From Candidatus Micrarchaeota archaeon (GTDB lineage: Archaea; Micrarchaeota; Micrarchaeia; Micrarchaeales; CABMGC01): a DNA stretch of 24,135 nucleotides. Positions 6,505 to 14,484 of this stretch are shown piece by piece; the first letter of the stretch is position 1; every line of letters starts with the position of its first letter. The notes under the pieces were generated by a model. That model did no database searches, had not been told where the DNA came from, and saw only the letters and a program-made list of their open reading frames with translations. The stretch is from assembly GCA_021785375.1 (NCBI GenBank), contig JAJYFQ010000001.1, positions 1-24,135 of the forward strand, written 5' to 3'. Both the position numbers and the translations under genes were made by a program.

Positions 6505-7984
6505 GTAACAGTTCAAGATTTGTACGGTAACGACGAAACCTCGGATTTCAGGATGTTTGACAGGTTTTCCACATAATTCTGGCCCTGCAATCTGGATGTC
6601 ATGTACAACGACATCTGCATTGCGTAACTATCCATATTGTCCGCCCCTCTGCTCTGCTGACTTATCCTTCTCTTTATGACCAACGGCCTCAATGCACGTT
6701 CCGCCCTGTTGCTGGTGGGGTCAACATCCGTGTATTGGAGGAACGTGAACCACTCCCCATCGAACTTCATGATATAGTTCACTACACGTGCAATGTTCAT
6801 TCCCTCTCTGGGCGCCGACTTCAACAATGCCCATAATCTGTCGTCAAATCTCTTCCTCAGTCTCTCCGAGGCGCCGTGCATCTTCTTTGCCTCCTTTGCA
6901 CTATGGAATAGTCTCGCGAGGCGTTTTACCCATCTCTGATAGGCAGAATAATTCTCGACATCCCCGAAGTCGTATATGGGCTTCTTTGCCCTTCTCAGCA
7001 TGTGAGACCAATCTCTCTGCCTCTCGCACTGGAGTTTGTTGTATCCTGCGTATCCATCCATAATGTCTACTCCTTCTTGGCTTCCCAACTCAACTGCAAC
7101 TTTATGGCTGCGCCTTTCAGTTATCCTGTAATAGACCCAGTCCGTCGTCGCAATTACCCATGCCCAGAAGTTTTTGCCGCAATGTCTGTGTGAGGTCTCG
7201 TCCTTGTATCTTGCAGATGCGGACTTTGCCTTCGCAAGAAGTTCGCCGTAATATGGGCCGAGATACTCTTTCAGTCGTTTCATCGCGTTGGCTATACTCC
7301 CTTCTGAGGCGTTTACCCCGAATAGATGCAGAAGTGATCGTATGTCATCGATAGACATCTTTGAGGCATTGAATAAATATGAAATCAGGACTGTTGTCAT
7401 TATGTCGAACTTTGCCTTCGGGAGGGCGTTCGGAACTGGAGGAGAAAAGACTTTCCCACATCCTTCGCACTGATAGATGTCGCATACATGTTCCACAGTC
7501 TCTGCCTTAGGCAGTTGCACTTCTATCACAATGCGCTTTCTTGTAGAAGTGCCCCTCCTTCTTGCACGCCCTCCGCAATCAGGACAAACGGGCTTCTCCA
7601 ATGAATGGTGTTCGGTCCTGTCAACGTGGTCTGGCCTGGAGTTCCTCTCATTTTCCTTCGGCGGATCCTTCTCCTTGTCGTCATTTCCAGAATATCTATC
7701 GACTGTTTTCTCCAGCTTCTTCAGGTATGGAGGAATGGAGCCGGATGGTGTATTCTCGTTGACGTATTTGCGCAGTTCGTTGGTAAGTCTCCTGACCTCT
7801 TTCTCTAATGCGTCGATTCTCTTCTGTTGCGCTTCAATGATCTCCAATAGTTCCTCATATGTCTTCTTCGTCTGATCGCCAGACTCTATTCGACTATTGG
7901 TATTGAATATTCTGCTGAAAAACTGGTGTAGTGGACGTTTTACCTGTTTGGGGGGGGGTCAACGTAAGATTATTAAACTGTTAC
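6505..7984 (-). mobile_element. IS66-family insertion sequence, single-ORF (ISBst12-like) type, 1480 bp
   Basis: Terminal inverted repeats start with GTAA: GTAACAGTTCAAGATTTGTACG (6505-6526) versus the reverse complement of 7963-7984, GTAACAGTTTAATAATCTTACG, 17/22 identical. They enclose one IS66 transposase. There is no perfect target duplication (GCGAAGTA versus GCAAAATC). Confidence 0.9.
6513..7847 (-). CDS. IS66-family transposase (TnpC-like)
   Basis: 444 aa. N-terminal coiled coil, NTPSGSIPP motif, Zn finger CPDCG...CEGCG, DDE triad KDETSH / MDGYAGY / SNRAERALR. TTG start with GAGGA upstream; the stop lies inside the terminal repeat. Confidence 0.95.
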   Translation of the reverse strand: MEIIEAQQKRIDALEKEVRRLTNELRKYVNENTPSGSIPPYLKKLEKTVDRYSGNDDKEKDPPKENERNSRPDHVDRTEHHSLEKPVCPDCGGRARRRGTSTRKRIVIEVQLPKAETVEHVCDIYQCEGCGKVFSPPVPNALPKAKFDIMTTVLISYLFNASKMSIDDIRSLLHLFGVNASEGSIANAMKRLKEYLGPYYGELLAKAKSASARYKDETSHRHCGKNFWAWVIATTDWVYYRITERRSHKVAVELGSQEGVDIMDGYAGYNKLQCERQRDWSHMLRRAKKPIYDFGDVENYSAYQRWVKRLARLFHSAKEAKKMHGASERLRKRFDDRLWALLKSAPREGMNIARVVNYIMKFDGEWFTFLQYTDVDPTSNRAERALRPLVIKRRISQQSRGADNMDSYAMQMSLYMTSRLQGQNYVENLSNILKSEVSSLPYKS

Positions 7985-8008
7985 GCAAAATCTATTCTGG
8001 TTATTTGC

Positions 8009-9127
8009 ATGGCAGTCAGAAGAAGAAACGCTAGAATTAATACAAAGAATGGGGGATACGGCCCTGCGGTAGAGGCTGGAGCGCTTGTGCTGGCAGCGAT
8101 GGTGCTCGCCATAATCGCGCTCGCGATCGCATCATTTGCGGTCTACGCGACGCTGACAAGCCCGGCGCAGCAGCTCGGCACCCTGACATCGAACCAGATA
8201 AGGACCTTGGTCAATATATCCAAGGGCTACACCCCGGCAACGCTCACTACTAACACCTCTACCGGAAGCAGCAGCGGGTTCGGGCACACGACAAACGGGA
8301 TAAACGAGCCGCTCAACTCGAGTGAGCTCGCCGTGATAAACAACGCCCCCGACTCATACTTCCAGACGGCGGGGCTGATGTATCTAAACGGATCTATAAA
8401 GAACGAGGTCCTTCCGAACCACCAGGCGGTCAACGCGTTTGTTGTGAACAACAAGACATCCGTAGTGTACCTGGGCTCGATAACATGCATCTTCTGCGGA
8501 GAGAACAGGTGGGCAATGGCCCTCGCGCTCTCAAGGTTCGGCAGCTTCTCGCAACTCTATCAGGGATACAGTGCGTTCAGCGACTACGACGTGCCTACGC
8601 TCTACTGGAGCACTGCCAACTACACGCAGCCGGACGTGCTTGCCGTCGCACAACACGCAATCTCGATAGGATCGGATTACTCCAGCAGGTACATAAACTT
8701 CCTGCCCATCGAAGGCCAGGGCAACATAACCGGAGGCTTCTTCCTTCAGTCGCTTCCTGTCATAGGGGCGGAGGTCAACAGCACAGGCAATGCAACATAC
8801 AAGAGCGCCTTCAGTTACCTGTTGAGCCTGCAGGGAAGCAACAACACGGCCTTCAAGGGGACCCCTTATACAATCTGGGGCACGAGCCTCTTCGGAGGAG
8901 CCGATGCGGTCGACTTTGGAAACACCACCCCGCAGACGCAGAGCCTGCCTCTCACTTACATGACGCACGGGCAGGTCCTCTCGCAGTTCGCGAACCCGCA
9001 GGACCAGTTCGCATGGACCGAGTACGCGGCCGCGGACATATACGTTGCCGGGGTCTGCAGGTCCATCAACAACACGGCGCCTGTCTGCTCGCTCAGCGCG
9101 ATACAGAGGATAGAGGCCCTTAAGTAA
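8009..9127 (+). CDS. DUF929-family membrane-anchored extracellular protein with thioredoxin-like CxxC
   Basis: ATG 8009 is preferred because GTG 7931 lies inside the IS. Basic N-terminus, one TM helix, Thr/Ser linker, then VVYLGSITCIFCGENRWAMALALSRFGSF, matching the DUF929 pattern. About 12 N-x-S/T sequons. Confidence 0.75.
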   Translation: MAVRRRNARINTKNGGYGPAVEAGALVLAAMVLAIIALAIASFAVYATLTSPAQQLGTLTSNQIRTLVNISKGYTPATLTTNTSTGSSSGFGHTTNGINEPLNSSELAVINNAPDSYFQTAGLMYLNGSIKNEVLPNHQAVNAFVVNNKTSVVYLGSITCIFCGENRWAMALALSRFGSFSQLYQGYSAFSDYDVPTLYWSTANYTQPDVLAVAQHAISIGSDYSSRYINFLPIEGQGNITGGFFLQSLPVIGAEVNSTGNATYKSAFSYLLSLQGSNNTAFKGTPYTIWGTSLFGGADAVDFGNTTPQTQSLPLTYMTHGQVLSQFANPQDQFAWTEYAAADIYVAGVCRSINNTAPVCSLSAIQRIEALK

Positions 9128-9143
9128 AGAAAGCTGATGTGGC

Positions 9144-9638
9144 ATGGCTTCGGCATCGGGGCCCGGAAGGGCGCGCATCCTGTTCCGCCTGCTTACGTCG
9201 GAGGTGTACGTCGGCATAGCGCTCGCCGGGGCGCTTGCCTACTTCGCTGTCATAAGCTACCTGGTCTCGTCCTCCAACTACGGCATATTTCTCATCACCG
9301 TGCCCATATACATGGTCTACGCGATGGTCTCCACCGCCGGGATACTGCTCGCCATGGGAGTATACTCGATAAGGAGTGCACTGCTCAGCGCCAGGGCAGC
9401 CGCGGGAGAGGGAGCCCTCAGCGCCGTGCTCCCTGCCGTGGGCAGCATGGCGGTGACGTGCTCGTGCACGTACCCGTTCCTCGGATCCATCCTCATCTTC
9501 TTCGGCGCGAGCTCGCTCACGGTATCTGCTGTGATATCATACGTTGCGTCGTACCAGCTGTGGATACTTGCTGCGGTGATAGCCGTGAACCTCGCCCTGA
9601 TCTACTACTATCTCGGGAAGCTGGCGCGGGCCGAGTGA
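9144..9638 (+). CDS. Hypothetical multi-pass membrane protein with a CxC motif
   Basis: 164 aa with about 4 hydrophobic segments and VTCSCTYP; 16 nt downstream of DUF929 on the same strand; host-like codon usage. Confidence 0.7.
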   Translation: MASASGPGRARILFRLLTSEVYVGIALAGALAYFAVISYLVSSSNYGIFLITVPIYMVYAMVSTAGILLAMGVYSIRSALLSARAAAGEGALSAVLPAVGSMAVTCSCTYPFLGSILIFFGASSLTVSAVISYVASYQLWILAAVIAVNLALIYYYLGKLARAE

Positions 9639-9707
9639 AGGATATAGGAGGGAGAAGGAGACAATGTTAGTGGAATGAGCTCGAGGTTGCAGCGCTGACG
9701 ATGCAGC

Positions 9708-10454
9708 CTATAAGCTCTTGAATTTCTCTAGGATCTCTCTGGATACCTCAATAAAGGGATAGTCTTCCGGATTCTGAAGAAGGGGGTCGAGTTCCTTCCA
9801 CCTTCCACCGAGTCTCTTCACGGACTTCTCAAAGAGGCTGAATGAGTACTTCTTCGGGTTTTTGGATGAGAAACCCTTTGCACACTTCTCGTATACGTCC
9901 TTCAGGCTTATCGGGACACGCCGCACTATGGCAAGATGATAGAGATCGTAAAGGTCCCTGGCCTTTTCCCGTGTGATCACCGCCGATACTTTCTCCGCAA
10001 GGATCTCCTCAGCTCTCATCACCTTGACACCGATGATCGAGTCGTTATAGTTCAGCGCAAAACTCTCTGGCTGGTACTTTGGCATATCCATAATGCAATC
10101 TATCGTGAGGTTCACAATGGCATTGGTATCTGTAGAAGATACCTTCAGCACGTACCTCACGAAACCGCTGTGGAGTTGCCTCTCAGCATGCCAGTCGTTG
10201 AAGATCGCATACACTTTTTCCTCCTTAAGGCTTCCGATCGCAGCATTTATCTCGCCGAGCACATCCATGTTCATGCAATCAAAGTCAAGATCCTCAGAGA
10301 ACCTGCCCGAATTGTAAAATAGGTCAAGAGCGGTTCCCCCTTTGAATACAAACCCGTCTCCCCTCCTGAAGATGCGGCTAAGAAAGAGGAGCTGGAGCCT
10401 CCTCTGCAACTTCTGTTCCTCGGAAAACCACCTCTCCACATATGTGTTTCTCAT
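9708..10454 (-). CDS. abiEii: AbiEii-family nucleotidyltransferase toxin (type IV toxin-antitoxin)
   Basis: FVFKGGTAL..FY...RFSEDLDF and EEILAEK..A...R.KARDLYD motifs; GAGGTG RBS upstream. Confidence 0.92.
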   Translation of the reverse strand: MRNTYVERWFSEEQKLQRRLQLLFLSRIFRRGDGFVFKGGTALDLFYNSGRFSEDLDFDCMNMDVLGEINAAIGSLKEEKVYAIFNDWHAERQLHSGFVRYVLKVSSTDTNAIVNLTIDCIMDMPKYQPESFALNYNDSIIGVKVMRAEEILAEKVSAVITREKARDLYDLYHLAIVRRVPISLKDVYEKCAKGFSSKNPKKYSFSLFEKSVKRLGGRWKELDPLLQNPEDYPFIEVSREILEKFKSL

Positions 10455-10463
10455 GCATACACC

Positions 10464-11060
10464 TCATACATGAATGTTTACCTCTCTCAGTTTCCTACGC
10501 AGGATCCTCTCTGCCTCGGGCCTGGACAGCATCTTTATGTACGACTTCAACTTGGCCTTGTCTATCTTATGTCGCATGGCGGCCTCCTCCAGCTCCTCCG
10601 TATACCACAGGTCCTTGTGATAGTATACATCGTCTATGAATATCTTCTCCACATCCGAAACGTATGCACCGTTGTACTCGCCGTACCCATAGAGTATCCT
10701 CTTGTTCACTTTTATGAAGACTACTTTATATCCGCCTTTTATTGGCAAGGGCCGGTGGTAGGTAGGCGAGAATACAAGAATCGTGATCGGCAGCTGCGTT
10801 GTCAATCGATGGAACCTTGCCGCGCTGATCAGTGCGACGTAGGATCCCTTGGTTATCCTGGACGCGACTACGTACTCTGATGTCCCCACTAGGCAGTACT
10901 TCCCCCTCTCGACCTTCTCTATGGCCTTCCTTTTGACAAGCTTAGCAAGAAAGATCTTTGCATACTCCGGGCTCTTCCCCGTAAGGTTCGCCACATCCCC
11001 TGTGGTAAAGACGGGCATGTCAAGCTCCTTCAGCCTTCTTATCATCTCAGATGCCTGCAT
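10464..11060 (-). CDS. abiEi: AbiEi-family antitoxin/transcriptional regulator
   Basis: N-terminal winged helix (VFTTGDV...LAKLVKRKAIEKVERGKY), YVALISAARFH.LTTQLP and SDVEKIFID; directly upstream of abiEii; GGTGA RBS. Confidence 0.88.
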   Translation of the reverse strand: MQASEMIRRLKELDMPVFTTGDVANLTGKSPEYAKIFLAKLVKRKAIEKVERGKYCLVGTSEYVVASRITKGSYVALISAARFHRLTTQLPITILVFSPTYHRPLPIKGGYKVVFIKVNKRILYGYGEYNGAYVSDVEKIFIDDVYYHKDLWYTEELEEAAMRHKIDKAKLKSYIKMLSRPEAERILRRKLREVNIHV

Positions 11061-11096
11061 CTTCTCACCACATATACACTATTTACATAGGTAATA

Positions 11097-11104
11097 CATT
11101 TATA
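11097..11104 (-). promoter_or_regulatory. TATA box of the abiE operon
   Basis: Minus strand reads TTATAAAT, 37-44 nt upstream of ATG 11060, compatible with a leadered mRNA carrying the GGTGA RBS. Confidence 0.55.
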
Positions 11105-11349
11105 ACCTTTGTTAATAGGCATGACCAACAGCATTCGGGCATGAATTCATATGTGCATCGACAGGGCCTTTGATGTATAGTGTCAGCTATTAACTTTCGA
11201 CATACCATTATACCATAACAGGTACAACCGTATAACGAATTTACATGAACCGGCATTGCGCGCGTTGTTTATAATATGCAGCCATAATTGACAGACTGTA
11301 CATTATGATGCACAAAAATAAAGGTGTGCTCTAGCAAGCCTGATCGGCT

Positions 11350-11870
11350 ATTGGGCGGACTGTCTGGGGAAGGGACCCCTACGGCAGGGGCTCCATCGTC
11401 TCGCTCGGAGCCGTGGACTTCAACACGAGGGACGAGTTCTATGAGGAGTGCAGGGTCAGGAGGGCAGGGGCCACATCGACGAGGCGCTGAAGGTCAACGG
11501 CTTCACGAAGGAGTCAATATACGACAGGGGGAAGCAGAGCGCGTTTGACCTCATTCTCAAGTTCGAGGGCTTCTGCACCACCCACAGCTCCGGCATCTCG
11601 AAGGCGGCGCTCGGGCAGAAGAGGTCGGGGCTGAGCAACACCGCGGAGAAGCTCGGCATGCCGCCGGAGCAGCACCCGCACATCGGGATAAACGGAGCAG
11701 GGCTTGCAGTGGAGAACACGTCAGTAATGCTCTTCGGGAGGCACTACTATCCCGAGTATGAAAGGTTCAGTCTGCCGGCACCTGGTTCCGGTGCGTCCCT
11801 CCGAATGCAGATAGTGGATGCGAGAGGCGCAGGCCTCTGGCATGGTGATGCACATGGCGCTGCACACTGA
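11350..11870 (+). pseudogene. Decayed DEDDh 3'-5' exonuclease (DnaQ/epsilon-like)
   Basis: One frame gives DPYGRGSIVSLGAVDFNTRDEFYEECRVR (stop at 11488). After a shift near 11460 the next frame gives EG..HIDEALKVNGFTKESIYD..KQS...GMPPEQHPHIGINGA...LFGRHYYPEYERF. The ExoI DxE motif is damaged, the ExoII segment appears deleted near 11580-11590, and there is no clean start. Confidence 0.7.
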
Positions 11871-12012
11871 TGTCGGAGCGGAAGGATCACTTGGGGAATG
11901 CACCTGACGCCATCTTCTTTTCAATGGCGGCGCTTTTGTGGCTTCATCGGTCCCTCCTACCGCCTCATGGAAGGGGCGGATGCCTTATTAATCCATCGTG
12001 CGCGTTTATACT

Positions 12013-12540
12013 ATGCCCTTCACTTTTGAGAGAGACCTGATTCTCCCAAAGAGGCTCAGGAGGAGCCTGGGGAAGGTCTTCGGAAAGCTGATACAGACAA
12101 GGAACCTCGAGGAGAACATAGACGATGAGGACAGAATCTTCGCAATAGGCGACGTTGTGGTGGGAACCCTGCTCAGGGAGGGCTATGTCCCTTCGGTTGC
12201 CATATTTGACAACAGGACGGCGAGAGGCAGGGTGGTTGTGCCTGAGATCAGGAAGAGGTTCAGGAGGCCTCTCACGGCGAGGAATGAACCTGGGGAGATA
12301 CGCAGGGAGCTGTGGAGCGCTGTCAGTAAGGCGAGCAGATCGAGGAGGCCGGTAGGAATACGTGTCTATGGGGAGGAGGATCTTGCCTCTCTGGTCTGCA
12401 TACACTTCGCTCCGGTTGGAGCGGTAGTGATGTATGGCATCCGCGGGAAGGGGGTCGACATAATAAGGGTCGACCGGAACATAAAGAGGTTTGTGGATCG
12501 GGTTCTTGTGGAGATGAATAAGGAGGCCCTGAAGGCTTAG
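12013..12540 (+). CDS. GTP-dependent dephospho-CoA kinase (DUF359 family)
   Basis: IGDVV...L...G..P.VAIFD.RT.R, NEPGEI, V.GEEDLA and VVMYG motifs. ATG 12013 is preferred, with TTATTAAT at 11985-11992. Confidence 0.9.
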   Translation: MPFTFERDLILPKRLRRSLGKVFGKLIQTRNLEENIDDEDRIFAIGDVVVGTLLREGYVPSVAIFDNRTARGRVVVPEIRKRFRRPLTARNEPGEIRRELWSAVSKASRSRRPVGIRVYGEEDLASLVCIHFAPVGAVVMYGIRGKGVDIIRVDRNIKRFVDRVLVEMNKEALKA

Positions 12541-13439
12541 CCCTTCCTATTCTTCAGCAGCTCCTTCTCAATGCGCAGAAGCAGGTCCAGGATGAGCCCC
12601 CCGAGTATTGAGAGGAATCCCAGGACGATGAGCATGAATGAGACAAGGGCCCTTCCGATCTCGATCAGAGATCCAGTATAAAAGTAGTTGGTCAGTACAA
12701 ATGCCCCTATGATAAGTCCTATAAGTATAAGTCCTACGCCTATGCTCCCAAACATGAGCAGCGGGTTGTAGTCTCTCGCAAATCTTATCGTATGTCGGGC
12801 GATGTTCATTCCGTATATGGGTTTTGCTTTGGATATCTTTGACACGGAATCTACCCTTGGGTGATAGTTTATTGGTATATCAACCATATTAAATCCGCGC
12901 CTAGCGAGCTCTATCTCGAAGAAGAGCGTCCCTGCGCGATATGTCTCCTCGTCCCTTATCGATTCGAATGCCTTCCTTGTCATGGCGAACGAGCCGCTGA
13001 GACCGTCATGAATATCCTTCTTGTACAGGAACCGGAAGAGCCCTGTCAAAAACTTGTTTCCGATCGCTATAGAAGTGGTCATCGCACCTTTGTGTAGTTT
13101 GCCGAAGCGGTTTCCGCTTACGAAATCTGCCTGACCAGACTTTACCGTGTTTACCACATGCTTGAAATCCTCTACCGAGTATGTTCCGTCCGGATCTATA
13201 GTTGATATTATATTTCCTTTTGCGGCACGGAACCCGTCCATCAGGGCATTCTCATACCCTGTAGATCTCTGTACGATAACTTTCGCCCCGATATTTAGCA
13301 ATTTCTTTCTGTTAGCCTCACTGCTCTTGTCTACCACGATTATCTCTGCGCTCTTGCCGAATGAACGCACCAGTTCCCTTATAGTTTTTGGAGCAGCATG
13401 CTCGTTCATGGTTGGGGTGATGATGCTAAGTTTAGGCAT
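12537..13439 (-). CDS. GT2 glycosyltransferase, polyprenol/dolichol-phosphate glycosyltransferase-like, with two C-terminal TM helices
   Basis: LSIITPTMNE, VVDKS, GYENALMDG, TIDPDGTY, VSGNRF and PINYHPR...SK motifs; hydrophobic C-terminus. ATG 13439 is preferred. Confidence 0.9.
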   Translation of the reverse strand: MPKLSIITPTMNEHAAPKTIRELVRSFGKSAEIIVVDKSSEANRKKLLNIGAKVIVQRSTGYENALMDGFRAAKGNIISTIDPDGTYSVEDFKHVVNTVKSGQADFVSGNRFGKLHKGAMTTSIAIGNKFLTGLFRFLYKKDIHDGLSGSFAMTRKAFESIRDEETYRAGTLFFEIELARRGFNMVDIPINYHPRVDSVSKISKAKPIYGMNIARHTIRFARDYNPLLMFGSIGVGLILIGLIIGAFVLTNYFYTGSLIEIGRALVSFMLIVLGFLSILGGLILDLLLRIEKELLKNRKG

Positions 13440-13511
13440 GAAATACACGATATCAATAGTCAGAAAGATATAAAAGTCCTTTAGGCGTATAAATAATAGG
13501 GTAAATTTTTT

Positions 13512-14423
13512 ATGCCTGAGATAACGGGTAAGAAGATAATTGTCACTGGGGGGGCCGGATTCATAGGGAGCAATCTTGTTGAGAGGTTGGCGAAGGACAA
13601 CAAGGTTCTGGTAATCGACACACTTATGTCGGGATCTGAGGGCAACCTGAAAGAGGCAATGAAAACAGGGAATGTTACTTTCAAGAAGGACGATGCAAGG
13701 AACATATCAAAGCACGACTTCAAAGCCGATATAATATTCCACCTTGGAATGTACTCATCATCGCCCATGTATAAGGAGAAACCCACAAGGGTCGCAGAAG
13801 TGGTAGAGATCATGATAAACGTCCTTGAATACTCCAGAACGAATGGCTCGAAGCTCGTCTTCGCATCCACATCTTCTATTTACAATGGACTTTCCGCACC
13901 GCACACTGAAGATCTAGTGCCAAAGGTTTCTGATTATTACACCGAGGGCAGGATTTATGCCGAAAGGCTTTCTCAATTGTATAACAACATGTACGGGACA
14001 GACATTGCGGCGATGCGCTTCTTCTCTGTCTACGGCCCCCATGAGGAGGCAAAAGGGGGGTATGCAAACCTGGTCACTCAATTCATATGGGCGGTAAAGA
14101 AAGGGGAGGGACCGTTGATATACGGGGATGGAAAACAGAAAAGGGATTTCGTATTCGTAACAGACGTAGTAGAGGCCTTGACAAGGGCAGTATCAGTTAA
14201 GGGGTTCGACGTATTTAATGTTGGGACCGGAAAGAACTATGACCTTAACGAGATGGCCGAGAAAGTTAATCTGGCTTTAGGGAAGAATGTAAGACCAAGG
14301 TACATAGATATGCCTGTATCGAATTACGTGATGGAAACACTTGCAGATACACGAAAGTCTGAGGCTGTGTTAGGTTTCAAAGCCAAGGTATCCCTTGATG
14401 AAGGAATAAAGATGCTAGTATAG
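13512..14423 (+). CDS. NAD-dependent epimerase/dehydratase (extended SDR)
   Basis: TGGAGFIGS, FASTSSIY and RFFSVYGP motifs; catalytic motif reads YTEGR (YxxxR). Confidence 0.92.
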   Translation: MPEITGKKIIVTGGAGFIGSNLVERLAKDNKVLVIDTLMSGSEGNLKEAMKTGNVTFKKDDARNISKHDFKADIIFHLGMYSSSPMYKEKPTRVAEVVEIMINVLEYSRTNGSKLVFASTSSIYNGLSAPHTEDLVPKVSDYYTEGRIYAERLSQLYNNMYGTDIAAMRFFSVYGPHEEAKGGYANLVTQFIWAVKKGEGPLIYGDGKQKRDFVFVTDVVEALTRAVSVKGFDVFNVGTGKNYDLNEMAEKVNLALGKNVRPRYIDMPVSNYVMETLADTRKSEAVLGFKAKVSLDEGIKMLV

Positions 14424-14484
14424 TAAGTGCGGTTTGCCGCAAGAAAATAATATATGCTTGTTTATTAGGTATAGTGTGGATTTT

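Noticed and set aside
6241-6576. Small ORFs 6352-6576(+) and 6241-6516(-)
   Set aside because: They cross the IS boundary or overlap the ATPase, and have no motif or promoter support.
7931-8008. 5' extension of DUF929 from GTG 7931
   Set aside because: It starts inside the IS and runs through its terminal repeat; ATG 8009 gives a normal basic-plus-TM N-terminus.
11071-11150. AbiEi operator inverted repeats (TTAC-N4-GTAA; ATGAATTCAT)
   Set aside because: Expected from the family, but these are too short and imperfect to separate from chance in AT-rich DNA.
11455-11470. Programmed frameshift restoring the exonuclease
   Set aside because: There is no slippery heptamer, and other lesions (ExoI damage, ExoII loss) point to decay.
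11908-11979. Hairpins CGCCAT/ATGGCG and CCGCC/GGCGG as terminators or an ncRNA
   Set aside because: Stems are only 5-6 bp, with no clear T-tract or RNA-family signature.
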